DNA from: a virus | Lineage: Duplodnaviria; Caudoviricetes | Virus record (IMG/VR): IMGVR_UViG_2772190776_000003 | Coordinates: 11,067 to 75,066 of that record | Length of the DNA: 64,000 bases | Reading direction: 5' to 3' (one strand) | Part shown: piece after piece, positions 54,761-64,000 of the stretch | Layout: each line of letters starts with the position of its first letter | Numbering within the stretch: position 1 is the first letter of the stretch | The notes under the pieces: generated by a model | Told to the model about the DNA's origin: nothing | The model's database searches: none | The model's input: only the letters and a program-made list of their open reading frames with translations | Position numbers and translations under genes: made by a program

Positions 54761-55246
54761 ATGCGCCTGCGCAATTGGAAACAGTACAGGCCCATAAGCC
54801 TGCCGGACGCCATCCGGGCCTGCAAGGACTACGCGCTGGAGAAAAAGGGGCTGTCTGTGGCCAGGATCTGCGTGTTCCTGTGCACCAACGAGGACACGTT
54901 TTACAAGTGGGCAAGCACTGGCCGCATGCCCGCTCTGGTCATCCCCCAGTTTGAGCTGATCTGTGGATGCCACTACGTGAGCGACTTTTTGTCGGCCCAC
55001 GCTGGCCGCATCGTCATCCCGATGCCCAAGGGCCAAAAGGCCACGGAGTCTGCGCTGCTGGCCGTTAACCAGGCATGCGCGGACGCGGTGTCCACGCTGG
55101 CCAAGTTCTATGCCAACCCCGCCAGCGTGGACACCGGCGCGCTGTTGGCTCAGTTGCGGCAGCACCTGGAGCAGGTGGCATTCCACCACGGCAATGTCCA
55201 GCGCTACCACCAGCCAGAGCTGGAGGGTTTCAGCCATGACGACTAA
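54761..55246 (+). CDS. Conserved B3-type early protein (HTH)
   Basis: MRLRNWKQYRPISL...FYKWASTGRMP...FELICGCHYVS; GGAGGA RBS. Confidence 0.7.
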   Translation: MRLRNWKQYRPISLPDAIRACKDYALEKKGLSVARICVFLCTNEDTFYKWASTGRMPALVIPQFELICGCHYVSDFLSAHAGRIVIPMPKGQKATESALLAVNQACADAVSTLAKFYANPASVDTGALLAQLRQHLEQVAFHHGNVQRYHQPELEGFSHDD

Positions 55247-55553
55247 CGCCATCCCACTGGACGCTGTGCGCGCTGCGCTGACAGGCTGCGCCGTGAAAGC
55301 AAAGCGCGACAGACAGGGCAAGCCCACCGGGCGCGTGGCCGCATTTACGCGCTATCAGCACTTTGCGCCCTGCTGCAGCCGCAAGGGCGTGCCTGCCGAC
55401 ACGTTCATTCACTTTGCGGTGATGGAGCACGGCGAGCTGTCTCGCCTCGTGGATCGCGTCAGCGCTGAGCATGGCGCGGATGCCGTGCGCCACATCTGGG
55501 GCGTTGGCGTGCGTGCCCTGAAAGCAGAGATTGGTGCGGGGGTGCTTGTATGA
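55236..55553 (+). CDS. Hypothetical protein
   Basis: GGAGG RBS, overlaps both neighbours. Confidence 0.55.
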   Translation: MTTNAIPLDAVRAALTGCAVKAKRDRQGKPTGRVAAFTRYQHFAPCCSRKGVPADTFIHFAVMEHGELSRLVDRVSAEHGADAVRHIWGVGVRALKAEIGAGVLV

Positions 55554-55852
55554 GCGCCGGTGTCACCAAGAGCGCAGCACCCGTGCTGCAGGTCCTCGAA
55601 GCCCTGTGCGGCTTTGCCGAACAAGGCGCATCCAACAAGGACCTGGCCGACGCCTGCAAGACCACCCCCGTGCAAGTGACCCGTGCCACGCAGACGCTGA
55701 TTGCTTACGGCTGGTGCCGCAAGAGCGATGAGACGGGGCGCTTTTACCCCACGGCCGCTTTTACCCGCCTGACTTTCAAGGTGTTGGACAGCTTTGACAA
55801 GGCCCAGCGGCGCCTGGAAGACCGCCGCCATTCGATGACTTCTGGTTTTTAA
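55550..55852 (+). CDS. IclR-type HTH protein
   Basis: VLQVLEAL...SNKDLA...VTRATQTLIAYGW. Confidence 0.75.
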   Translation: MSAGVTKSAAPVLQVLEALCGFAEQGASNKDLADACKTTPVQVTRATQTLIAYGWCRKSDETGRFYPTAAFTRLTFKVLDSFDKAQRRLEDRRHSMTSGF

Positions 55853-55876
55853 CTGTTAACTGATTGGAGAAACCAC

Positions 55877-56800
55877 ATGGCTCGTACCCCTAACGCAGTG
55901 CTTAAACCCGTGGCCGACGTCGTGCTCAACGACCAGGCTGTTGCACGTATTGAAAGCGCACAGGAGGCGCTGGCTGTCATGGACCAGGAGGCCCAGGCCC
56001 GCGTCCGCGCTGTGGCCTTGAGTGTGGGCTATGAGGGCACATTGAGTGTGGGAGCGCTGGAAGGCGAGATTCGCTTTTATCAGCGCCGCACGGTCGAGGC
56101 CATTTTGGAAACCGGCAAGCGCTTGCTGGTGCTCAAGGAGATGACCCCGCATGGCGAGTTCAAGCAGCGTGTGGAGATGCTCGGATTTTCCGAGCGCACA
56201 GCACAACGCTTTATGCAGTCAGCGGCAAAGACCGCCAAATCCGCCAATTTGGCGGTTTTAAGCACCCAGGTCAAAAGCGCCAGTGCATTCCTTGAGCTTG
56301 TCACCCACGACGATGACACGCTGGAATCCCTCAAGGACATGGACGACATCGACCGCATGAGCGCCAGCGAGCTGCGCCAGGCCCTGCGCCAGGCCAAGGA
56401 GGACAACCGCTTCCTGGCAGAAAAGCGCGACAAGGAGTCGCAGCGTGCCGACAAGCTGGAAAAACAGCTGCGCTCTGGTCCCAGCACGCAGCCACTGGAC
56501 GAACGTCTGCAGGGCTTTTGCGCCGATATCAACAAGGCTAACGACGCGGCATGCGAGGCATTGCTGCAGGCCAAGCAGCAGGCCCAGGCGCTGGAGCGCT
56601 GGTGGCTGGAAGAAGCCGCCAAGCAGCCCGGCTACTCGCCTGGCGACTACGTGCCGATGCCCGATGAGGTCAAGGCAGCGGCCCAAAAGCTCTACGACAA
56701 CCTGTCACGCCTGACTCTGTCCGCCGCCGCATTGCGCCAGGAGCTGTGGGACACCTACGGCCAGGACCTGCAGGCTTTCGTGGATACCACCGCCGCATAA
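55877..56800 (+). CDS. DUF3102-like protein preceding the transposase
   Basis: ILETGKRLLVLKEMTPHGEF...GFSERTAQRFM; IDRMSASELRQALR. Confidence 0.78.
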   Translation: MARTPNAVLKPVADVVLNDQAVARIESAQEALAVMDQEAQARVRAVALSVGYEGTLSVGALEGEIRFYQRRTVEAILETGKRLLVLKEMTPHGEFKQRVEMLGFSERTAQRFMQSAAKTAKSANLAVLSTQVKSASAFLELVTHDDDTLESLKDMDDIDRMSASELRQALRQAKEDNRFLAEKRDKESQRADKLEKQLRSGPSTQPLDERLQGFCADINKANDAACEALLQAKQQAQALERWWLEEAAKQPGYSPGDYVPMPDEVKAAAQKLYDNLSRLTLSAAALRQELWDTYGQDLQAFVDTTAA

Positions 56801-56803
56801 GCC

Positions 56804-58609
56804 ATGCACACCGACCTGGAGGCTACTGACATGGCTTCACTGAGCCCTGCAATCTGCGATTACATCCGTCAGCTGGCGCGCAAGCTGGATGACGCGCCCC
56901 ACGGCACGGGCGGCAAGCTGCTGGACGAGGCCACCGCATTCCTGGGCATGAGCCGCCAGACCGTGTACCGCCACCTCAAGAAGGTGGCGGGCTGGGAAAG
57001 TGGCCGCAAGTGCCGTGCCGACAAAGGCACCACTAGCGTGAACAGCGCCGCGCTGCTGACGCTGGCCACGATCCAGCGCGAGAGCGTGCGCGACAACGGC
57101 AAGCAGACCATGCACACCCCGGTGGCACGCAGCGTGCTGGAGGCCAATGGCCTGCAAGTGGACGTGAGTAACGCGCACCTGAACCGGCTATTGCGTGACC
57201 GCGGGTTGAATGTGCAGGCCCAGCGCCAGGCAACGCCTGCAACCAAGCTGCGCTACCCGCACCCCAATCACACGCACCAGGTGGACCCCAGCCTGTGCCT
57301 GGTGTACTACCTCAACGGCCGCCAGCACATCATGGAGGACAGCCAGTTCTACAAGAACAAGCTCGAAAACCTTGCGAAAGTGAAGTTCAAGGTCTGGCGG
57401 TATGCCCTCTACGACGGTGCGTCGGGCGCAATCGTGGTCTGGTACTGCGAAGCAGCGGGCGAGACCCAGGCCAACCTGTTCAACTTCCTGATGCACGCAT
57501 GGGGCAAGCAGGATGGCCGCCTGTTTCATGGTGTGCCCAAGGTGATGGTGTGGGACAAGGGCTCGGCCAACACATCGCACGCTATCGGCCACCTGTTGCG
57601 CGCGCTGGAAGTGGAGGCGATCACCCACGAGGCCGGCAATGCACGCGCCAAAGGCGGCGTGGAAAACGCCAACAACGTCATCGAAACCCAGTTCGAGAGC
57701 CGCCTGCGCTTTGAACCTGTGGACAACGTCGAGCAGCTCAATGCTGCGGCCACGGCCTGGTGTGAGGCATACAACGCCAACCTGATCCCCGGCCAAGACA
57801 CTCGCCTGCGCCGCGATGGCTTGGCCGAGCCTGTGTCGCGCTATGCACTGTGGCAGCGCATCCGCAGCGATGAACTGCGCCTGCTGCCTGATGTGGAGGT
57901 GTGCCGCGCGCTGATGGCGGGCAAAGAAGTGGAACGCAAGGTGGATGCGCACCTGTGCATCCGCTTTAAGCACCCCAAGGCAGAGTCCACGCGCACCTAC
58001 AGCCTCAGCGGCCTGCATGGCGTGAATGTGGGTGACGTTGTCAGTGTGCGGCCCCTGGTGTATGGCGAGCAGGCCATACAGATCGAGCTGCAGCGCTACG
58101 ACGGTGAGCCGCTGGTGTACCGCGTCGAACCAGAAACCGAGTTTGACGAATTCGGTTTCCCGCTGTCTGCCGCCGTGCCTGGCGAGGGCTACAAGTCCCA
58201 CGCCAAGACCGTGGCCGAGGCGGCCGGCGAGGCGATGGACGAGCTGGCCTTCCCTGGCCAGGACGCCACGGCAGCACGTCAAAAAGGGGCTGTGCCGTTT
58301 GGCGGCGAGATCAAGGCGCACAGCTACCTGGCCGAAGTCGAGCACCCCAGCTATCTGCAGCGCCCCGGCGTGGAAATCGCCACACCTGCGCACGCCAAGG
58401 CCGAGCCGGTGCTGCTCGACGCTGTCACCGTGATGCTGCGCATCCGCAAGGAGCTGGGCCGCAATCTGACGGTGCAAGAGAACCAGTTTATGACCGCGCG
58501 TTTCAAGGACGGCGTGCCAGAAGACCAGCTGGCCGTGCTCATTGAGCAGCTCAAGAACGCCGGCAAGGATCAGCCCGCACGCGCCGCTGGCGGCCTGCGT
58601 GTGGTGTGA
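56804..58609 (+). CDS. DDE transposase (MuA-equivalent)
   Basis: HQVDPS, VWDKGSAN, AKGGVENANN catalytic triad; RADKG. Confidence 0.92.
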   Translation: MHTDLEATDMASLSPAICDYIRQLARKLDDAPHGTGGKLLDEATAFLGMSRQTVYRHLKKVAGWESGRKCRADKGTTSVNSAALLTLATIQRESVRDNGKQTMHTPVARSVLEANGLQVDVSNAHLNRLLRDRGLNVQAQRQATPATKLRYPHPNHTHQVDPSLCLVYYLNGRQHIMEDSQFYKNKLENLAKVKFKVWRYALYDGASGAIVVWYCEAAGETQANLFNFLMHAWGKQDGRLFHGVPKVMVWDKGSANTSHAIGHLLRALEVEAITHEAGNARAKGGVENANNVIETQFESRLRFEPVDNVEQLNAAATAWCEAYNANLIPGQDTRLRRDGLAEPVSRYALWQRIRSDELRLLPDVEVCRALMAGKEVERKVDAHLCIRFKHPKAESTRTYSLSGLHGVNVGDVVSVRPLVYGEQAIQIELQRYDGEPLVYRVEPETEFDEFGFPLSAAVPGEGYKSHAKTVAEAAGEAMDELAFPGQDATAARQKGAVPFGGEIKAHSYLAEVEHPSYLQRPGVEIATPAHAKAEPVLLDAVTVMLRIRKELGRNLTVQENQFMTARFKDGVPEDQLAVLIEQLKNAGKDQPARAAGGLRVV

Positions 58610-59919
58610 AAGCGAGGGAAATGATGAACCAAGAAACCGACCTGCTGCAGCTGCACTTGCACCAGATCCTGAAAGACCTGTGCACGACCCAGGCTGCGCT
58701 GGCCAAGTACCTGCGCAAGCAGCTCAAGCTGCCCATTTCATCGGCCACCGTGTGCCTGATTTGCCGCTACGACAGCTGGCCCCGCCGTCCGAGCATGGGC
58801 TACGAGGTGCTGGCGCCCCATATCAAGCGCTTTCTGCTCGAGAACGGCGCCACCGCACAGCAGCTGGAAATTGCGTTCGAGCGCGTACACGGCCCCCGCG
58901 AATCTCTTAACGGAGGTGAGCCACTGCAGCGCGGCAACGCTGCAGCGGCCCCTGTTTCCCCCGGCCAGAAGGCCACTTTTGATGAGGACTTGACGATGCT
59001 TTTGCGACACCAACGCCTGGCCCCCGAGACCCGCCAGCACTTCAAAATTGTACGGGACTCTTTTGTGAACGAGATGTGCGGCCCCGACGATGTCTTCCTG
59101 AGTGACGATATCCGGTATGTGCGCGCCGCAGTACGCCAGACCGCACAGCACGGCGGCATGCTGGCTGTGACAGGCGAGTCCGGCTCGGGCAAAAGCACGA
59201 TCCGCAAGGACTTGCTGGCGTGGATCGCGGCCAGCGGTGAGCCTGTGATCGTGATCGAGCCCTACGTGGTGGGCATGAGCGCCACCAGCAAGGCCGGGCG
59301 CCCGCTGCTGGCAAGCGATATCACTGCCGCAGTGATCCGCAACCTGGCCCCCAGTGTGTCTCCCCGACTCAGCCACGAGCGCCGGACCGAGCAGATGCAC
59401 AGCATCTTGCGCGAGAGCGCCCGTGTGGGCAACAAGCATGTGCTGATCATCGAAGAGGCACACGATCTGGCCGTGCCAACGCTCAAGGCCATGAAGCGCT
59501 TTTACGAGCTGGAGGACGGCTTCAAAAAGCTGCTATCCATCATCCTGATCGGACAGCCCGAGCTGGCACGCAAGCTCAGTGAACAAAGTCCGGAAGTGCG
59601 GGAGGTGGTGCAGCGCTGCGAGCTGGTGACGCTGCCGCCGCTGGACAACAACGTGGGCGACTACCTGGCTTTCAAGTTCAAGCGTGTGGGCATGGACGCG
59701 GAAAAGATCATCGAGCCTGGTGCGGTCGATGCCATCCGCACCGTGTTGCGCCGCCATGTGCGCGAAACCTTCGGCGCACGCCAGGGCACGGTGCAGTCCC
59801 TGTGCTATCCGCTGGCGATCAACAACCTGCTGACCCGCGCCATGAATGCCGCCGTGCAAATCGGTGCGCCCAAGGTCACGGATGAGCTGGTGATGGCGGC
59901 CATTCGCGGGGGAGACTGA
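58606..59919 (+). CDS. AAA ATPase (MuB/ExeA-like)
   Basis: GESGSGKST, LIIEEAH, ILIGQPEL, EVVQRC. Confidence 0.9.
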   Translation: MKAREMMNQETDLLQLHLHQILKDLCTTQAALAKYLRKQLKLPISSATVCLICRYDSWPRRPSMGYEVLAPHIKRFLLENGATAQQLEIAFERVHGPRESLNGGEPLQRGNAAAAPVSPGQKATFDEDLTMLLRHQRLAPETRQHFKIVRDSFVNEMCGPDDVFLSDDIRYVRAAVRQTAQHGGMLAVTGESGSGKSTIRKDLLAWIAASGEPVIVIEPYVVGMSATSKAGRPLLASDITAAVIRNLAPSVSPRLSHERRTEQMHSILRESARVGNKHVLIIEEAHDLAVPTLKAMKRFYELEDGFKKLLSIILIGQPELARKLSEQSPEVREVVQRCELVTLPPLDNNVGDYLAFKFKRVGMDAEKIIEPGAVDAIRTVLRRHVRETFGARQGTVQSLCYPLAINNLLTRAMNAAVQIGAPKVTDELVMAAIRGGD

Positions 59920-59920
59920 C

Positions 59921-60079
59921 ATGCGCCGTTATCAAGTGCTGATCACGTTCGACGATGGCCGCCGTGGCGTGCTCTCTGGCCTTTTTGCCAGTGACTGGCA
60001 GGCCATCGACATGGTGTACCGGGCCTTTGATGACGAAATGGTGCTGGCCGCTGTGCCGCGCCGCTTGGAGGTCGCATGA
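59921..60079 (+). CDS. Small hypothetical protein (52 aa, below the track cutoff)
   Basis: GGAG RBS; MRRYQVLITF...LEVA fills the gap and overlaps the next start. Confidence 0.55.
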   Translation: MRRYQVLITFDDGRRGVLSGLFASDWQAIDMVYRAFDDEMVLAAVPRRLEVA

Positions 60080-60327
60080 ACAGCTGCCGCAAATCTCGTC
60101 GCGTGCACCCCCTGGCGTACCTGGTGCTGTGGCTGGGCATCGGGTTGCTGGCCACGCTGGCCGCCCTGGTGCACGTCGTCGGCCGGCCGCCTAGCTCGGC
60201 GCAGCTGGAAGCGTCCCACATGGCCGGCATGCGCGTCGGCTATTCCATCTGCCTTGGCGTGAAAGAAAGCGATGCAGAGACGCTGCCAAGGCCCCGTTTA
60301 ACTGCAACCACTGGAGGTCGACCATGA
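60076..60327 (+). CDS. Small membrane protein
   Basis: One TM segment, translationally coupled. Confidence 0.6.
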   Translation: MNSCRKSRRVHPLAYLVLWLGIGLLATLAALVHVVGRPPSSAQLEASHMAGMRVGYSICLGVKESDAETLPRPRLTATTGGRP

Positions 60328-60734
60328 GCGGAATCAAGATGGGCCAGGCCAATCGCCTGCTGATCCAGTACCTGGCTGAAAACGGCCCTCGCACCATGGA
60401 AGCGCTGCTGCTGCGCTTCCAAGGGCACACAGCGTGCGATATGTCGCTGCGCCTGCGAAAGCTGGCCAGCAACTGGTGGGTCGAACGCGGCAAGTCGCCC
60501 ACCGGCGAGACAGTGTGGCAGCTGCACCCGGACGCACGCACCAAGCTGCCCGATCTGGGCATCACAACGAGCAAGCGCGGCCGCCCGCGTGACGTGGTGC
60601 GCCCGCCGTCTGCCGACGCGGCCCAGCCGCGCCGCGTCAATTTGATGTCGGCCCCGGTCTGGACCCCGCCAGTGTCGGCGCCGGCGCGCCCAGGTGCAAT
60701 GGATTTCATGGCATGCCCCAGCCGCGGCTTTTGA
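60324..60734 (+). CDS. wHTH-like hypothetical protein
   Basis: LIQYLAENGPRT...LRKLASNWWV. Confidence 0.6.
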   Translation: MSGIKMGQANRLLIQYLAENGPRTMEALLLRFQGHTACDMSLRLRKLASNWWVERGKSPTGETVWQLHPDARTKLPDLGITTSKRGRPRDVVRPPSADAAQPRRVNLMSAPVWTPPVSAPARPGAMDFMACPSRGF

Positions 60735-60745
60735 TGAGGTGACAC

Positions 60746-61039
60746 ATGGATATCGACAACCGAACCCCCGCATCTGTGCTGGAACTGGAGCAAATGGGCG
60801 CAGCGCTGGCCAGGGAAATGGCCGCAACCCTCAAGGGACGCACGATCTGCACGCCCGTGATCCTGCACGCATTGATCACGTTGCACCTTTTTCATGTGCG
60901 TTCCATGCCTGTCGACGCACAACGTGAGATCGGCTTTGCCATGGCTTCGTATGCCGGGGAGCTGATCTCAGCGCCCTATGCAAACCCTCAGCACGACGCA
61001 CACCAATTCCCCACCGATTTACCCACTGCCTTGCAATAA
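60746..61039 (+). CDS. Hypothetical protein
   Basis: GAGGTG RBS, in operon. Confidence 0.6.
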   Translation: MDIDNRTPASVLELEQMGAALAREMAATLKGRTICTPVILHALITLHLFHVRSMPVDAQREIGFAMASYAGELISAPYANPQHDAHQFPTDLPTALQ

Positions 61040-61053
61040 AGGAACGACAAACC

Positions 61054-61677
61054 ATGAACCAAAATATTCCTGAAACCATTCCTGGCTACTGGAAAAACGC
61101 GCAGGGTGCCCTGGTGCCGGAAGACAAGGTCAAGCCGATCGACAAGCTGCGCGACCAGCTGGTGCGCAGCCTGGTCGAACAGGCCCACGCGGCCAGCAGC
61201 ACGCTCAAGCAGTTCAAGCTGCACGCGCTGACTGAAGTAAGCGCTCTGGTGGAAACCAGCGTCGAGCAGTACGGCGTGAAAACCGGCGGCGACAAGGGCA
61301 ATGTGACCTTGTACAGCTATGACGGCAAATTCAAGGTGGTGCGCCAGATGCAAGAGCGCATTACGTTCAGCGAGCAGCTGCAGGCTGCCAAAGCGCTGAT
61401 CGACAAGTGTGTCGCGCGCTGGTCCGAAGGCGCCAACGACAACATCCGCGCTCTGGTGAACCATGCTTTCCAGGCCGACCGCGAAGGCAACATCAGCACG
61501 GGCCGCGTGCTCGGCCTGCGTCGCCTGGATATCCATGACGAGGAATGGCAGCTCGCCATGCAGGCCATTGCGGACAGCATGCAGACCGTTGGCTCCAAAC
61601 CCTATGTGCGCTTTTACGAGCGCGATGACCAGACCGGCACATATAAGCCGATCGCACTGGATTTGGCGGTGGTATGA
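61054..61677 (+). CDS. DUF3164-family protein
   Basis: GYWKNAQGALVP...IDKLRD...KGNVTLYSYDG...GSKPYVRFYER. Confidence 0.88.
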   Translation: MNQNIPETIPGYWKNAQGALVPEDKVKPIDKLRDQLVRSLVEQAHAASSTLKQFKLHALTEVSALVETSVEQYGVKTGGDKGNVTLYSYDGKFKVVRQMQERITFSEQLQAAKALIDKCVARWSEGANDNIRALVNHAFQADREGNISTGRVLGLRRLDIHDEEWQLAMQAIADSMQTVGSKPYVRFYERDDQTGTYKPIALDLAVV

Positions 61678-62132
61678 GCGCGTTAGACCGACCTGTAAAG
61701 TGCTGCCGCTGCCGTTTTATACATACGGAGGCTGACCGCGTGGACCAGCCTTGCAAGCGGATCAATGGGGTTATTGAAACGGTATGCCCTCGATGCGGCT
61801 GCAAATCTTTCTACGACATGACACCAATTGTGGCGTGGTGCTATCCGTCCGGGCTGATCGCTTTTGGCACTCAACTGCCCCCGGAAGAAAACCGGGTATG
61901 GGCAGAAATTGGCAGCGGTCCCGCCTATTCATTCAGACCCTTCATTGCGGCAAAGGCTCGCCGAGGCTACGGAGAAGATGCTTTCAAGCACATAGTGCCC
62001 GGCATGTCAGAGGCAGAGGGGCTGCATGACAAGCACGCTGCATTTAGCCGCTGGATAGCCTCTATCAAGCCACGGCGACCGCGTGATGGCATTACGGTCA
62101 AAGAGCCGCAGCCATTTGTCAACGCTAACTAA
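61674..62132 (+). CDS. Hypothetical Zn-binding protein
   Basis: CCRC...CPRCG followed by VAWCYPSGLIAFG. Confidence 0.6.
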   Translation: MSALDRPVKCCRCRFIHTEADRVDQPCKRINGVIETVCPRCGCKSFYDMTPIVAWCYPSGLIAFGTQLPPEENRVWAEIGSGPAYSFRPFIAAKARRGYGEDAFKHIVPGMSEAEGLHDKHAAFSRWIASIKPRRPRDGITVKEPQPFVNAN

Positions 62133-62196
62133 TAGATACCCCCCAGCTTGGCCCAACCAGCTGGGGGTTTTTACAAGCACTTCGCCACTTAGACCT

Positions 62197-62937
62197 ATGA
62201 AGACAGTCGATGCCATTAACAACGCACAAGACAAGGCCAAGGCATACCGCAATGGCATGATCAAGCTCGTGCATGTGGCCCGCCGCGAACTGGGGCTGGA
62301 CGAGCCGACTTATCGTGCCATCCTGCAGGCCCAGGGCGGCACCGAGTCACTGTCTGCCATGACCAATGGCCAGATCGACAAGGTGCTCACCTATCTGAAA
62401 TCCCAGGGCTTCAAGGTGCGCCGCGCGCGCGCCGACCGCAAGCAGGCCGACAACCCGGACGCCCGCAAAATCCGCGCCCTGTGGCTGCTGCTGTATGAAC
62501 TGAGCGCGGTCAAAGACCCATCAGAGGCCGCACTGGCGGCGTACGTCAAGCGCGTGGCCAAGGTGGACGACCTGCACTGGGCACATGGCACCCGCAAGTA
62601 CTCCACAGCTGCTGGCGCCAAAAGCCGCGACCGCGCTGAAATCGTCATCGAAACTCTCAAGAAGTGGGCCATGCGCTTTCTGCCGCAGGCGATCGACCAG
62701 CTGAAAGCCGAAGTGCGCGGGCTGTACCAAAAAGGCGCGCTCACCGAGCAGCAGCTCGAGCACGCGCAGGCAGCATTCAGCCGCGATCTAACGCCTGGCG
62801 TCGGGTTTGATTCGCATAATTTTGTCTGGGACAATTTGCGCATCGCCGTGGGGCGACCTTTCCCACTACATAGCGCAGCAACGGACGATGTCCAAGTTCA
62901 CAGACCGCGATTCCCACATGGCACACCGCAGGCATGA
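62197..62937 (+). CDS. gemA: GemA / Mu gp16 (DUF1018) protein
   Basis: IKLVHVARRELGLDEPTYRAIL...KIRALWL...IETLKKW. Confidence 0.88.
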   Translation: MKTVDAINNAQDKAKAYRNGMIKLVHVARRELGLDEPTYRAILQAQGGTESLSAMTNGQIDKVLTYLKSQGFKVRRARADRKQADNPDARKIRALWLLLYELSAVKDPSEAALAAYVKRVAKVDDLHWAHGTRKYSTAAGAKSRDRAEIVIETLKKWAMRFLPQAIDQLKAEVRGLYQKGALTEQQLEHAQAAFSRDLTPGVGFDSHNFVWDNLRIAVGRPFPLHSAATDDVQVHRPRFPHGTPQA

Positions 62938-63262
62938 GTTTCTGGCGGATATGCAGGACGTCGCCAAAAAGGAGCTGACAGCATATCTGCCAGAGCCAGC
63001 CGCGGAAATGGTGGCTAGTGCGCTCACCGACCACCTGGCCACCCACTGGGGTGGCCAACTTATCAACATCCCCAAAGATTACCGTTGGCGCTTGAGCCAG
63101 CGCGACTCCGAAATCTACGCTGCTTTCAACGGGTACAACCATGCCGAGCTGGCCCAGCAGTACGGCCTCACCCAGATCCACATGCACCGGCTGATCCGCA
63201 ACATCCGCGACCGACTGAAAAAGGCTTCCGACGCACGGAACCGTGACCTTTTTCACAGCTGA
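62888..63262 (+). CDS. mor: Mor-family late transcription activator
   Basis: HWGGQLINIPK...RDSEIYAAFNGYNHAELAQQYGLT. Confidence 0.9.
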   Translation: MSKFTDRDSHMAHRRHEFLADMQDVAKKELTAYLPEPAAEMVASALTDHLATHWGGQLINIPKDYRWRLSQRDSEIYAAFNGYNHAELAQQYGLTQIHMHRLIRNIRDRLKKASDARNRDLFHS

Positions 63263-63286
63263 ACCAAAAAAATTCGCCCGCCTGCG

Positions 63287-63399
63287 TGTTTCAATAGGGG
63301 AAAGAGAGTTTCAACACCGGGTTTCGATAAATTCCGGCCAATCCCACAATGTCCCGATTTATCACGTTCCCCGGTATCTCTTTATCTCACTCTCTTTCA
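63287..63399 (-). repeat. Right end of the transposable phage
   Basis: The - strand reads TGAA-N6-TGAGATAA-N15-CGTGATAA; GTTTCAATA/GTTTCAACA/GTTTCGATA repeats at 63288-63329. Confidence 0.85.
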
Positions 63400-63411
63400 T
63401 CTGGAGATGCC

Positions 63412-63558
63412 ATGAGCAACAACTGCCCCCATTGCGCCCGTGAGCACAGCCATGCCAACCTCACGCAGTTCTTTACGGAAGTCTTTAACACGCTGTCTGA
63501 ACTGCGCCCAGGCTGGCATGGATCTGCGCTTCAGCCACTTGGGGAATGCTGCCCATGA
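63412..63558 (+). CDS. Small hypothetical protein (lambdoid prophage resumes)
   Basis: The GGAG RBS overlaps the duplicated target site; CPHC motif. Confidence 0.45.
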   Translation: MSNNCPHCAREHSHANLTQFFTEVFNTLSELRPGWHGSALQPLGECCP

Positions 63559-63745
63559 ATATGGCCCTTTGGATTGTCTTTGGACGCAATCACATGAAAT
63601 GGAACACCGGATGACCTCACGCCGCAAGCGCCAGCGCCGCGACAAGCGAGCGCCTTGGCCAGACTTTGATGAACCCCAGCCCCGCCAGTGAGCGGGGCTT
63701 TTTCATGACCCAAGCCCGCAAGGGTGACTATCAGCCTGAAGAATC

Positions 63746-64000
63746 ATGAGCCATACACACTTTGCATTGCTTGCCAAATTTGGCGATGTGAACATCCCGC
63801 TGGAGAAAATCTGCAAGGACTTCTTTGGCATGGAGCCCAAGAAGGCCAATGAACGCGCATGCCTGCAGGATCTGCCAGTGCCTGCGTACAAGCTGGGAGG
63901 CCAGCGCAGCCCTTGGTTAGTGGATGCCAAGAAGCTGGCTGACTATATTGACCTGAAGAAGAAAGAGGCCGAAAACGATTGGCTGAAGATGCGTGCTTAA
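63746..64000 (+). CDS. PrtN-family (excisionase-like) regulator
   Basis: FALLAKFGDVNIPLEKICKDFFG...LPVPAYKL...LADYID. Confidence 0.8.
   Translation: MSHTHFALLAKFGDVNIPLEKICKDFFGMEPKKANERACLQDLPVPAYKLGGQRSPWLVDAKKLADYIDLKKKEAENDWLKMRA

Larger units (their letters stand above)
26997..63399. mobile_element. Complete B3/BcepMu-type transposable (Mu-like) prophage, 36,403 bp
   Basis: TG...CA ends with TCTGGA duplicated at 26991-26996 and 63400-63405; DDE transposase, B-like ATPase, GemA, Mor, Mu gp27/28/29/F/G/I/T; early and late operons diverge from a central repressor. Confidence 0.95.

Noticed and set aside
52605-56328. Inverted repeats as an invertible segment or gene-conversion cassette that switches DUF3102 alleles
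   Set aside because: No invertase is present. The foreign 165-bp insert is shifted +1 relative to the resident frame (AGC|ACT GGG CAT TGA), so direct conversion would truncate the gene. RecA-mediated inversion cannot be excluded.
63400-64000. Integrase or att site of the lambdoid prophage
   Set aside because: Not visible in the window; expected beyond the PrtN-like gene but cannot be supported here.

Overview
The window holds two nested prophages in a GC-rich betaproteobacterial chromosome (probably Comamonadaceae; inference from a REP-like element). (1) A lambdoid cos-type prophage occupies 1-26996 and resumes at 63400-64000. It carries portal, gpW, an intein-containing terminase, a cos-like site, a DUF1376 replication gene, a CI/Cro switch with six operators and an early-left operon. 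Its cargo includes HipBA, HicAB plus a third gene, a KAP NTPase, a DUF6932 nucleotidyltransferase pair, a DUF5131/TcmP pair, a HEPN-like nuclease and two C4-RNA-controlled antirepressor cassettes. (2) An apparently complete 36,403-bp B3/BcepMu-type transposable prophage (26997-63399) is inserted into it, with TG...CA ends and a 6-bp TCTGGA target duplication. The most unusual signal is a non-coding array at 52563-52895, directly upstream of the transposable phage's late promoter. It is built from captured fragments of the phage's own DUF3102-like gene and of a foreign homologue. The fragments carry the DNA palindrome that encodes one variable peptide of that protein. Similar in-frame palindromes occur in the Rha and Bro-N genes. 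All family assignments come from motif recognition and synteny, not database searches.
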